Of a DNA stretch of 64,000 nt, positions 49,629 to 58,798 are shown in pieces. Every line of letters begins with the position of its first letter. Within the stretch, counting starts at the first letter, position 1. Origin of the DNA: an uncultured bacterium (GTDB lineage: Bacteria; CAYUVA01); assembly GCA_964448115.1 (NCBI GenBank), contig CAYUVA010000016.1:1-64000 (forward strand), written 5' to 3'. The notes beneath the pieces are model-generated. The model was not told the origin of the DNA, did not search any database, and worked only from the letters and a program-made list of their open reading frames with translations. Both the position numbers and the translations under genes were made by a program.

Positions 49629-51602
49629 TTAGAATCTGTTAAAGTAGCCCTTTAATAAAACTATCATCCTTGATTCCACGACTGCCCTGAGCATCTTATC
49701 AATCATCTGGTAGGGCGGATTGGCTATGAAATCGATATCAGAATCGATAAACGGGATACCTAGTCCATCCTTTTTATCACGAATAAAGGCAAGGACCTTC
49801 CTGATCGCCAGGCTCGCTTCTCCTCTATCACCGGGATCATGTAAGCTCTTGTATCTTTTCCATCGTTCATCATCACCCAACACTTGCTTTAGCTTTTCAG
49901 CATAAGTAGTTCTGAACTCCAGCGCCTGTAAGGAACAGATAAGCTCCACCGAAAGAGTTTTTGCCGTGTTGAAGATAACCTGTCTCAGGTGCCTGGCTGC
50001 ATTGGTCGCCATTGCAACATGATCCTCAGTGTTAGCCGAGGTAGGTATCGAATCGACCGAAGATGGGTGGGAAAGCACCTTGTTTTCTGCCACCAACGAT
50101 GCAGCTAAGTACTGGAAGATCATGAACCCAGAGTTTATGCCACCAGCCTCTCCGGCGAGATTTGCCGGCAGCCCGCGATTATGATCGGGGTCCAAAAGCA
50201 GTTGCACTCGCCGCTCTGAGATATTTGCAAGCTCGGAGACCGCAATCTTGAGATAATCGGCTGCCATACCGATCTGCTCACCATGGAAATTGGCTCCAGA
50301 ATAGACCTGCCAATTACAGACCGGTTCATTCATTCTTTTATCCAGGGGGTCATAATCGGTCATATCAGCTAATATAATAGGATTGTCCGTAACCGAGTTT
50401 ATCTCCACCTCGATGATCTCCCTGGCATGTCTGGCTGCGGTCAAACATGATCCATGAACCTGGGGCATGGCTCTAACCGAGTAATCATCTTGTACCTGAA
50501 AGGCAGTAGCGCTGCGGTTCACCAGACCACTTCCCTCAACAAGGCTCGTTATCTCGGCAGCGCAATCGACCTGTCCTTTATGGGGTCGAAGTCCGTGCAG
50601 CGAGGACTCTAAAGAACGGGTAATTCCACCGATCGCTTGCAGGGTAATGGCACCTGCCAGGTTGGCGTGATGAATAAGCCGAAGGCTATCGAATACTGCA
50701 ATTGCTGTTATGGCAGTGCATACCGCGGTGCCATTGGTCAGGGCAATCCCTTCCTTTGGAGCTAGCTTAGGTAAAAGGACTTCTTTATACTTGTCTGGGT
50801 GCTTATAAGATAAATTTTTTAGGTAATCGGGAGGTTGCAGATGGTTTAAGCCTACCCGTCGCAGAGCCTCGCCACCGGGCATTGTTGCTCCACGGCGCTC
50901 CTTTGCATCATCCCAGGTGGCTCCAGGATATAACGGATAATCCCCTTCCACCCAAGCCTCACCAAGCCCTAAAATAACCAAACCGATGTGCGACAATGGA
51001 CAAAGATCGCCTGATGAACCAACGCTCCCTTGGGATGGAACCCAAGGATGGACTCGACGGTTAAGCATATCGGCAAGCATCTTTATAAGCTGTACTCTCA
51101 CACCAGAATATCCGTAAATGAAGGTCTGCAAGCGTAGCAGCATGGCAGCCCGCACTACCTCGGTTGGCAAAGCCGGGCCAGTGCCCACGGCATGGCTCAA
51201 TATCAGGTTCTCCGAGATGCGACAGGCATCCAAATAGCTCTCCAGCGGTTTATCGCGGTTATTGCCGAAGCCGGTATTTACCCCGTATATCAGATTGAGT
51301 CGGTTGGACCGTTTTATCTCCTCATAATCCTTCTCATCTTTTTCCTTAAGTTTATCTAGTTTCAGGGCAACTTTTTGTCCCTTAAGTACAGCCTTGTGGA
51401 TATATTCTGCACTATGCTTGCAAAGCTCAAGGCTATCAGGGTCCAATGCAACAGCAGCGATAATGCCATCATCATCACCGCTGCTGACCGCGATAAGCTT
51501 CTCAAGGGTGAGTCTCGATTCGGGCTTGTGGCTTATAATGATCGGATTATCTATGCTAACTCCATTGATCATCAGTGTGCTTGGAGCTTTGGTCGAACTC
51601 AT
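49629..51602 (-). CDS. hutH: Histidine ammonia-lyase family (MIO-dependent) enzyme with insertions
   Basis: YGVNTGFG, NLILSHAVGTG (the SH pair typical of HAL), GSVGSSGDL, KEGIALTNGT, QDDYSVR..PQVHG, NSVTDNP, GANFHG and EDHV.M. Confidence 0.8.
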   Translation of the reverse strand: MSSTKAPSTLMINGVSIDNPIIISHKPESRLTLEKLIAVSSGDDDGIIAAVALDPDSLELCKHSAEYIHKAVLKGQKVALKLDKLKEKDEKDYEEIKRSNRLNLIYGVNTGFGNNRDKPLESYLDACRISENLILSHAVGTGPALPTEVVRAAMLLRLQTFIYGYSGVRVQLIKMLADMLNRRVHPWVPSQGSVGSSGDLCPLSHIGLVILGLGEAWVEGDYPLYPGATWDDAKERRGATMPGGEALRRVGLNHLQPPDYLKNLSYKHPDKYKEVLLPKLAPKEGIALTNGTAVCTAITAIAVFDSLRLIHHANLAGAITLQAIGGITRSLESSLHGLRPHKGQVDCAAEITSLVEGSGLVNRSATAFQVQDDYSVRAMPQVHGSCLTAARHAREIIEVEINSVTDNPIILADMTDYDPLDKRMNEPVCNWQVYSGANFHGEQIGMAADYLKIAVSELANISERRVQLLLDPDHNRGLPANLAGEAGGINSGFMIFQYLAASLVAENKVLSHPSSVDSIPTSANTEDHVAMATNAARHLRQVIFNTAKTLSVELICSLQALEFRTTYAEKLKQVLGDDERWKRYKSLHDPGDRGEASLAIRKVLAFIRDKKDGLGIPFIDSDIDFIANPPYQMIDKMLRAVVESRMIVLLKGYFNRF

Positions 51603-51614
51603 GATTCCTTCCCA

Positions 51615-53111
51615 TCACTCATAGCGTTCAAGTATCCGCCTTACCTGCTTGACCATCTCTGCTTGTGGAACTGAGATCTGTGAGGGCTGTTGTTTAAGCC
51701 ATTGATCTCGATCCTTGATCTCTTGAGACAATATTCTGCCTAATTGCAAATCTTTTATGGTAACCTTGCCTGCCTCGAATTCATTCGAGCCGGCGATGAC
51801 CACGGCAACCAGGTCTCTTTGATCTGCATATTTAAGTTGTTTTACGAATCCGCCGGAACCGATGTACATCTCAGCACATATCCCGGCTCTGCGCAGTTCA
51901 AAGGTCATCTTAGCGTAATCAGCGAGCCTCTCCCTATCCATCACGGTAACTAAAACAGGCTTGCTTTCTTTTGTTTGGTTGAATCTATCAAGAGTCATAA
52001 GCGCAGCAATAAGCCGATCCACTCCGATCGATGCGCCGGTAGCTGGCACCTTCTGTCCGGTAAAGCGCTGTACGAGATTATCATATCTTCCACCGCCGCC
52101 CACGCTACCGAATTGCTTTTTCTCTCCCTTTTCATCGACCACATCAAAGCAAAGCCGAGCCTCGAAAACAGCTCCCGTGTAGTAATCAAGCCCACGGACA
52201 ATGCTGGGATCGTAGATCACCTTATCTTCGCCATAACCAGTGGCTTCAAGCAGTTCATCTATCTGTGCAAGTTCCTGCAATCCCTCTCCCCCCACCTTGG
52301 AACCAGCGATCAACGGCTCTAGGCTCGCTATGAACGCCTTGCGTGAAGAGACATCTGCTCTAAGGTAAGCAATAACCTTATCGATCTGCTCGGTAGAAAG
52401 TCCGGCTCCTGGTGTAAAATCACCCGATTCATCGAGCCTACCCTTGCCGAGAAGCTCCATCACTCCATCAAGTCCGAGTCGATCCAACTTATCCATGGAG
52501 CGCATCACCGAAAGCCCCAAACTGGTAAGATCCCCTTGTGCATCCAGTCCTTTTATACCGGCTGCTTCCAGAACCCCATTGAGTATCTTCCGATTGTTGA
52601 CAGCGATTATATATTGATCGCTGGTCAGCCCAAGCTTAGCGAATGCATCGGATAAGACACAGCATACCTCTGCATCGGCTGCCGGTGATCTTGTACCAAC
52701 GCTGTCAATATCGAATTGTATGAACTCGCGAAACCGGCCAGGACCCGGTTTCTCCAGACGCCACACCGGGCTTACCTGATAGCGACGAAACGGCTTGGGG
52801 ATCTTTAAATAATTTGCTGCAACCATGCGAGAAAGTGGTGCTGTGAGATCATAGCGTAATGCTATCCATTCATCGCTATCGTCCTTGAACGAGAAAATGC
52901 CACCTTCGGGAGTATCGCTTTCTGGCAGGTATTTACCGAGCACTTCTACATACTCGATAGCGGGTGTGTCGTAAGGTACGAAGCCATAAAGCTCATAGAC
53001 GGTGCGAATGCTTTCTATTATCTCTCGACGGAGGATCAATTCTTGGGGGGTTATATCCCTGAAGCCCTTGGGAAGTCGTGGAACTGGTCTCGATTCCTTT
53101 TGAGAACTCAA
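51615..53111 (-). CDS. hisS: Histidine--tRNA ligase of the alphaproteobacterial/eukaryote-like type
   Basis: PKGFRD, LRYDLTAPL, WRLEKPGPGRFREFIQFD, RGLDYYTG, GGGRYD and SIGVDR, plus subtype segments LGKYLP and DKLDRLG..GKGRLDESGDFTPGAGL. TTG start after GAGG. Confidence 0.95.
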   Translation of the reverse strand: MSSQKESRPVPRLPKGFRDITPQELILRREIIESIRTVYELYGFVPYDTPAIEYVEVLGKYLPESDTPEGGIFSFKDDSDEWIALRYDLTAPLSRMVAANYLKIPKPFRRYQVSPVWRLEKPGPGRFREFIQFDIDSVGTRSPAADAEVCCVLSDAFAKLGLTSDQYIIAVNNRKILNGVLEAAGIKGLDAQGDLTSLGLSVMRSMDKLDRLGLDGVMELLGKGRLDESGDFTPGAGLSTEQIDKVIAYLRADVSSRKAFIASLEPLIAGSKVGGEGLQELAQIDELLEATGYGEDKVIYDPSIVRGLDYYTGAVFEARLCFDVVDEKGEKKQFGSVGGGGRYDNLVQRFTGQKVPATGASIGVDRLIAALMTLDRFNQTKESKPVLVTVMDRERLADYAKMTFELRRAGICAEMYIGSGGFVKQLKYADQRDLVAVVIAGSNEFEAGKVTIKDLQLGRILSQEIKDRDQWLKQQPSQISVPQAEMVKQVRRILERYE

Positions 53112-53181
53112 CTGTTTACCTCAGATCATTGGCTATGGTTTGGTCAACATGCTCGTTGTATGATACAAGCACTTTATTTCA

Positions 53182-53255
53182 TACAGCCGGGGGGATTCGA
53201 ACCCACGACCTCCTGATCCACAGTCAGGCGCTCTGACCAACTGAGCTACGGCTGC
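53182..53255 (-). tRNA. tRNA-His (GTG); no encoded G-1, G1:U72, A73, no encoded CCA
   Basis: Minus strand reads GCAGCCG TA GCTC AGTTGGTCA GAGC G CCTGA CTGTGGA TCAGG AGGTC GTGGG TTCGAAT CCCCC CGGCTGT A, a complete cloverleaf with anticodon GTG. Confidence 0.97.
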
Positions 53256-53389
53256 GTTCTCTATTATCATTTACAGAGAATTGAACAAATTGCAAGGGGT
53301 GGCAACCCGCTTAGTTCATTCATCTTTTGGATCACCGGTGATCCAGTTGTGCATGTAAGAATTCGTGTTGCCACTTCTTGGCTAAAAGA

Positions 53390-53461
53390 CTGGATTCCCG
53401 CCAGAGTTTACCCCGCACTTGATGCGGGGCGGGAATGACAGAAGGGGAGGCGGGAATGACA
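53390..53461 (-). repeat. Extended REP-like element plus partial extra unit
   Basis: CTGGATTCCCGCCAGAGTTTACCCCGCACTTGATGCGGGGCGGGAATGACA (53390-53440), then a second GGCGGGAATGACA (53449-53461). Confidence 0.9.
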
Positions 53462-53491
53462 AGATCTTCAAGCTATATCGATTGTTTTGTA

Positions 53492-54580
53492 TCATGAACT
53501 ACTTCGTAATTTTTTTATCACCTCGTATGCCTCGCTTCTAACAAAGACATCCTCGTCTCGCCGAAGATCGTGTAAGATCTTGAGGATGAGATCCCTGTCC
53601 ACATCAGATATCTCATCCAGGGATCTTATTATCATTCTCAGTATATCGGTATGCAGCCAGCTTTTATCTTTTGCGATCTGTGCATAGTATGCGAGGATCT
53701 GCTTGGGATATTTTGCTGCCAGTGCTTTTGTAGTATTGCTTGCTGCCATGGCTACATCCTTGATCTCGTCATACATCGCAGCGCGCAGCCGTCTTAAAAA
53801 GATAGGCAACTGGCTGGGAACGCAAAGGGCAATCGCTTCCAAAGCAGCCACCCTGACCTCCCAACGGTTGTCCTCTAATAGCCTACAAGTTAGCTCGGTA
53901 GTGAGATCTGGTTTGTAAGGAAAATACTTGGCTAGTGCTGGGGAGACCTTTTTTCTTATTGATGAATAGGGGCTTTTAGCCATGAACTCGCATAGATCGA
54001 CCGCTGCTTCAATCTCCAAGACTTGGCAGGCTCCCAGGCTAAGTATAGCCGCTTCCTTGAGCTTTATGCTGTTATCAAATGCCCATTCCTGAAGGGTCTC
54101 CAATACATCTTGGGGGATTATATTGGAGAAGCTGCCCATCACCTCAGCAACGAAGGTCCTCGCTGCTGGGTACTTGTCAAGCGCTATCCGCCTCAGAATT
54201 TCCTTTGACCTTTGGTACTCGAAGTGTCCAATTTTAGTTAAAGAGCTGCATATCAGCTGCCTGGTCAAAAGGTCATCATTCAGCAGATTTTGTAGGATCT
54301 CGAGCGAAGCCTTCGGATTGAGCGTTCCAACCTCAGCAAGAACCTCGATCAAGTGGTTTCGACTGTCATAGGAGATCTTCTTAAGTTCCTGAAGGTATTT
54401 TGCTGAAGAGCTGCTGTATTGATGCAGCATATCCCTGATCTTCTGCATAGGTAGCTGATCATGGTTCACTAGCTTTCCCTCCTCGCGCAGTTGTTGCTTG
54501 AGAAGCTCCAGCTCAAGAGATTCTTTAATCTTTTTTGATCGCTCAGCCATATCCTTACACGGTAAATAATCCATCAACAT
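53492..54580 (-). CDS. HEAT/ARM repeat protein
   Basis: Recurrent D....(V/A)R..A...L helical repeats (DNRWEVRVAALEAI, DEDVFVRSEA). Start position uncertain. Confidence 0.8.
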   Translation of the reverse strand: MLMDYLPCKDMAERSKKIKESLELELLKQQLREEGKLVNHDQLPMQKIRDMLHQYSSSSAKYLQELKKISYDSRNHLIEVLAEVGTLNPKASLEILQNLLNDDLLTRQLICSSLTKIGHFEYQRSKEILRRIALDKYPAARTFVAEVMGSFSNIIPQDVLETLQEWAFDNSIKLKEAAILSLGACQVLEIEAAVDLCEFMAKSPYSSIRKKVSPALAKYFPYKPDLTTELTCRLLEDNRWEVRVAALEAIALCVPSQLPIFLRRLRAAMYDEIKDVAMAASNTTKALAAKYPKQILAYYAQIAKDKSWLHTDILRMIIRSLDEISDVDRDLILKILHDLRRDEDVFVRSEAYEVIKKLRSSS

Positions 54581-54723
54581 AACTGCCTATGCACCATGTA
54601 TTATAATAAAGAAAGCCTTTAATTACAAGCATAGGCAATAGCAGTGGGGGATACCTGGTGAGGTAAATGATTTCGATGATGATAATTCTATTTACAGATG
54701 ATAAAATACTTTTGACAATTTGC

Positions 54724-54761
54724 AAAAAAGTACTTGACAAAATGTAAAAAATTCCTAAATT
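54724..54761 (+). promoter_or_regulatory. Probable sigma70 promoter with A-tract
   Basis: AAAAAAGTAC-TTGACA (-35 at 54734-54739), 16-nt spacer, TAAATT. Confidence 0.5.
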
Positions 54762-54765
54762 ACTA

Positions 54766-55713
54766 ATGAACCCCTTGGAAAGGATGTTCATTATGAAGGA
54801 AGAACGACTTGAGATACTAAAGATGGTTGCTGACGGGATAATCACCGTCGAAGAGGCTGAAAGATTGCTTAGAGCCATTGAAGAAGGACAACGAAGAGAG
54901 CAGGAGGGTGATTGGGAAACTAAGAAAAAACATCGTTTCTCATTCAAGAACCTCGGTGAATTCGGCAAGTTCATGGAGGGTATCGGAAACACCATATCAG
55001 ATGTCGTGGGAGACCTGATAGGTCCCCTGGCTGATGAGGTGCTGTTGGATAAGGATAGCTTCGGACAGACTATAACCGGCGAGCTGCTCGATCTACCCAA
55101 GGATGCTGACCTTTCGGTGGTTAGTGGCAAACCTAGCCATCACGGCAAAGGAGGAGACCTAAAAATAATGGCCTCAGAGGATGATAAATGCCATGTACTG
55201 GTCGATGCCCAGGAGTTCGTCCTCTCACAAAAAGAGCAAAAATACGTGGTTAGAGTGGATGGCGATGCAACAGTTATGGTGCCGTCTTATCTTGGAAGCT
55301 TTAGTGTCGCTACATTCCATGGCGATGTCGAGGTGTATGACCTGGAGCTTTATATGACAGCGAAAACCATGAAGGGTGATGTGAAGATCGTAAACGCAGC
55401 AAAGGGAGGCATAATAAAGACCCTAAAGGGTGATATCGAGCTTAGTTTTAAGCCTGATTTCAAGGGAGAACTTAAGGCTTCAACTATGTTTGGTGATATT
55501 GAGCTAGTTATCCCTGAAGAATTTTACGGGGAGCTGAAGGTCAAAACATTTAAAGGAGACATCGAATTACCTGCCGGACTCGAAGTCATACACTCAAAGG
55601 AAAATGGTCCTGTGCAAGAAAAAGTGATCAGGCTTGGTGATACAGATAGCGATAACAAAATAACCCTTAGTACCTTCAAGGGCGATATAGAGGTGAGAAG
55701 GGGAAGCAAATGA
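54766..55713 (+). CDS. SHOCT-like plus DUF4097 beta-repeat protein (YvlB/LiaX-like)
   Basis: EERLEILKMVADGIITVEEAERLL and repeated (S/K)T..GD(I/V) motifs. The true start may be the later MKEER. Confidence 0.82.
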   Translation: MNPLERMFIMKEERLEILKMVADGIITVEEAERLLRAIEEGQRREQEGDWETKKKHRFSFKNLGEFGKFMEGIGNTISDVVGDLIGPLADEVLLDKDSFGQTITGELLDLPKDADLSVVSGKPSHHGKGGDLKIMASEDDKCHVLVDAQEFVLSQKEQKYVVRVDGDATVMVPSYLGSFSVATFHGDVEVYDLELYMTAKTMKGDVKIVNAAKGGIIKTLKGDIELSFKPDFKGELKASTMFGDIELVIPEEFYGELKVKTFKGDIELPAGLEVIHSKENGPVQEKVIRLGDTDSDNKITLSTFKGDIEVRRGSK

Positions 55714-56078
55714 AATCGAAAAGCTCGATAATGCCCAATAAATGTCCATCATGCGGCGGCAGATTGCTGATATCCTCAATGGTATGCTCGGAGTGCAATA
55801 CACAGATCCAAGGTCGTTTTACCCCATGTCCTGTTTGCTCTTTACCCCCTGAGGCAAGGGAAATTTTCGACCTGTATTTGCAGTGTCGAGGAAATCTGAA
55901 GAAGATGGAGCGAATTATGGGGTTTTCCTATCCAACAGTCAGGCAGAAGGTAGAGCAGATGTTCAACGAGCTGGCTGAGATAAAACATAGAAGAGTAGAT
56001 CGATTGGAAATATTAGGCATGATACGACGCGGCGAGATTACCGTGGAGGAGGCGGAGAATCTTCTAATGGAGGGTTAG
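55710..56078 (+). CDS. DUF2089 family protein (Zn ribbon, HTH, SHOCT-like)
   Basis: CPSCG..CSECNT.I.GRF, GNLKKMERIMGFSYPTVR and GEITVEEA. Confidence 0.88.
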   Translation: MKSKSSIMPNKCPSCGGRLLISSMVCSECNTQIQGRFTPCPVCSLPPEAREIFDLYLQCRGNLKKMERIMGFSYPTVRQKVEQMFNELAEIKHRRVDRLEILGMIRRGEITVEEAENLLMEG

Positions 56079-56123
56079 TATCCTATGCAGCTTCTTACTG
56101 CTCGCCTAGCTCAATAAAGGTAT

Positions 56124-56750
56124 TCATAAAAAATTATCTATTTTTTTTGCATGTACCTGGTAAAACTCCTCGGAGTCAACAATACTCATGGTCTCAAATC
56201 CGGCTTGATCGAGTAGGGATATCATCTCAGGATCTGGTGGTATCAGGTCATCTCGTATGATCGATGAGCAAGATGAATGAAATTCATTTACCCAACTTCG
56301 ACTGGCGAGGTGAGTTATCCAAAGATTGCCTTTATGCTTCAAAACCCTTGCAATCTCTTTTAGGCAATCCAATGGTCGTTTAAGGTGCGGAAACGTATGA
56401 AAGCAAATGGCGTGGTCGAAACTGCGGTTTTCTACCTCAATCTTCAAGGCAGAGCCTTGTATGAAGGTAACATTTGTCGGCAAACGCCTCGCCTCTGCTT
56501 GCTTGATCATTTCACCTGATATGTCAAATGCATAGACCTTTCCTTTAGCTCCTACCAATGTTGCTAGTACCTCTGTAAGGCGTCCCGAACCACAACCTGG
56601 CTCGATAATGCGATCTCCAGGGGAAATTTTCCATTCCCTGTATGCTGCCTCAAGGCGCATGCGCTCCTGTTCGGTGAATAAGCTCATGAGCCTTTCTCGA
56701 GCACATTTATCGAAAAAATCAGCCAGATCAGATTCTGAGAATTGGCTCAT
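56124..56750 (-). CDS. Class I SAM-dependent methyltransferase
   Basis: IIEPGCGSG, FDISGEMI, SFD, FPH and RVLK. Confidence 0.88.
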   Translation of the reverse strand: MSQFSESDLADFFDKCARERLMSLFTEQERMRLEAAYREWKISPGDRIIEPGCGSGRLTEVLATLVGAKGKVYAFDISGEMIKQAEARRLPTNVTFIQGSALKIEVENRSFDHAICFHTFPHLKRPLDCLKEIARVLKHKGNLWITHLASRSWVNEFHSSCSSIIRDDLIPPDPEMISLLDQAGFETMSIVDSEEFYQVHAKKIDNFL

Positions 56751-56780
56751 AGTAAAACCATGTTCAAGACCAAGTGACGG

Positions 56781-57623
56781 CTATTTCTTCTTGGCTGCCA
56801 CCTGCTCTTTGACCCTCTGGCAGAAGTTTCTGTAATTCTCGGTAAACTCGATCCTCGATTCATCCTTGAAGATGCCGGTAACTATCTTGCTTTCCAGCTC
56901 TTCGGGGCTTAACTTCTTGGCTCTTGCCTGTGATATGCAGGTATCCTTCAGCCACTCATACATATCAATGATCTTCGGGAACTTGTTCTTTCTACCATAC
57001 GAGGTCGGACACGGCACCATCACCTCTATCACGGAGAATCCTTTATTCTGGATGCCCTTTTTAATAAGTGGGTCAAGTGATACTGCATGGTAAACATCTC
57101 CTCTGGCAACGAATGTTGCTCCGGCGCCGATTGCAAGCTGCACGATATCGAATGGCTGATCAGGATTGCCATAAGGAGCCGTGGTAGCTTTTCTGTCGCG
57201 AGGCGTGGTCGGCGAGACCTGTCCCCCGGTCATGCCGTATATGTAGTTGTTAAAGATGATGCAGGTCATGTCTATATTTCGTCGGCAAGCGTGGATGAAG
57301 TGGTTTCCACCAATAGCCACCGCATCTCCATCTCCCATTACTGCCAGTACTGTCATTTCAGGCTTGGCTAGCTTCACGCCTATGCCAAATGCAATGGACC
57401 TGCCATGGGTTGTGTGAAGGGTATTAAAGTCAACATAGCCGGGCAACCGCGACGAGCAGCCGATACCAGAGACGATGGTTACATTATCCTTCTTTAGCTC
57501 TAGTTCCTTGATAGCTCTTATTATCGATTTAAGGATAATGCCATCGCCACAGCCGGGACACCAAATATGCGGAAACTTGCTCATTCGTAGGTAGTCTTCA
57601 TACTCAACACTCATTAGTGCCAT
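56781..57623 (-). CDS. korB: 2-oxoacid:ferredoxin oxidoreductase beta subunit
   Basis: WCPGCG, SGIGCS, HTTHGR, GDGD and NNYIYGMTGGQ.SPTT. Confidence 0.93.
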   Translation of the reverse strand: MALMSVEYEDYLRMSKFPHIWCPGCGDGIILKSIIRAIKELELKKDNVTIVSGIGCSSRLPGYVDFNTLHTTHGRSIAFGIGVKLAKPEMTVLAVMGDGDAVAIGGNHFIHACRRNIDMTCIIFNNYIYGMTGGQVSPTTPRDRKATTAPYGNPDQPFDIVQLAIGAGATFVARGDVYHAVSLDPLIKKGIQNKGFSVIEVMVPCPTSYGRKNKFPKIIDMYEWLKDTCISQARAKKLSPEELESKIVTGIFKDESRIEFTENYRNFCQRVKEQVAAKKK

Positions 57624-58765
57624 TATCCAACGACCTCCATGATTGCGTTTCTTATCTGATTAGGCCTTATCGGTTCTCCATCCATGCGATTAAAGGGGAA
57701 TATCTCGCAGTCGCAGCCTGCAACACGCTCAACCTCATAGTAGATCTGCTTGAGGTTCATCTCCGGAACCAGGATGTAATCTACCGTTTTGGCGAATTCT
57801 CTTAGACTATCGTCAGGGAAGGGCCAGAGGGTGATCGGTCTAAACCTGCTGATCGGGATGCCCTCGCTTTTTAGCTCATTAGCCACCCTTTTTACAGTTC
57901 GGGCAGTGGAACCATAGGAGAAGATCCCTAATTTAGCTCCCTCTTCGAGATGTATCTCATTTTTCTCGATCATCTTCTTCTGATTTTCGACTTTGAACAT
58001 AAGCCTTTTCATGAGTCTTCCGATCTCATAAGCATCATTGGTGGCAAAGCCGGTCTCATCATGGAATAAGCCGGTAACATGGAATCTGTAGCCAGAACCG
58101 AAGTCAGCCAGCGGAGGGATTCCATCTTCCGTGAAGGCGTAAGCAAGGTATTGTTCAGGGGGGCAGGTTGGTCGTTTGCGGTCCATGATCTGAACTTCAT
58201 CCTGGTTCGGGATCACGATAGGTTCGCGCATGTGTCCGATTATCTCATCCAAGAGTATGATGGTAACTGTGCGGAAGTACTCTGCGAGGTTTACTGCCCT
58301 GATCGTCTCCCAAAGCGATTCTTGTACCGAGCCGGGCACGACCACAATAGCAGGATGATCGCCGTGAGGTCCCCATTTAGCCTGCATAACATCAGCCTGC
58401 GAAGGGAGCGTCGGCAAGCCGGTGCTCGGTCCGCCTCTCATCACATTAACCACAGTGCATGGCGCCTCGACCATGCAGGCGTAACCGATATTCTCTTGCT
58501 TCAGCGAGAATCCAGGACCGCTGGTTGCAGTCATCGCTTTTTTCCCAGCTAACGAAGCGCCGATGATAGCCCCCATCGCTGCTATCTCATCCTCCATCTG
58601 TATAAAAACACCATCCATCAAGGGTAAACTTCTGGCAAATGCCTCGGCGATCTCCGAGCTTGGTGTGATAGGGTATCCAGCAAAGAACCTTACCCCAGCA
58701 AGGAGTGCACCCTCAGCACAGGCTTCGTTTCCTTGCAGCAACCTCATATTCTTACTCTTGGTCAA
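57623..58765 (-). CDS. korA: 2-oxoacid:ferredoxin oxidoreductase alpha subunit
   Basis: QGNEACAEGA, YPITPSSEI, QMEDEIA, TATSGPGFSL, RGGPSTGLPT and PEMN. Confidence 0.93.
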   Translation of the reverse strand: MTKSKNMRLLQGNEACAEGALLAGVRFFAGYPITPSSEIAEAFARSLPLMDGVFIQMEDEIAAMGAIIGASLAGKKAMTATSGPGFSLKQENIGYACMVEAPCTVVNVMRGGPSTGLPTLPSQADVMQAKWGPHGDHPAIVVVPGSVQESLWETIRAVNLAEYFRTVTIILLDEIIGHMREPIVIPNQDEVQIMDRKRPTCPPEQYLAYAFTEDGIPPLADFGSGYRFHVTGLFHDETGFATNDAYEIGRLMKRLMFKVENQKKMIEKNEIHLEEGAKLGIFSYGSTARTVKRVANELKSEGIPISRFRPITLWPFPDDSLREFAKTVDYILVPEMNLKQIYYEVERVAGCDCEIFPFNRMDGEPIRPNQIRNAIMEVVG

Positions 58766-58798
58766 TTTATCCCTCCCGGTGGGTATATCGAACTCAGA

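Noticed and set aside
53112-53500. tRNA-anchored prophage or integrative element
   Set aside because: No integrase or phage genes, and no duplicated tRNA 3' end was noticed in the window.
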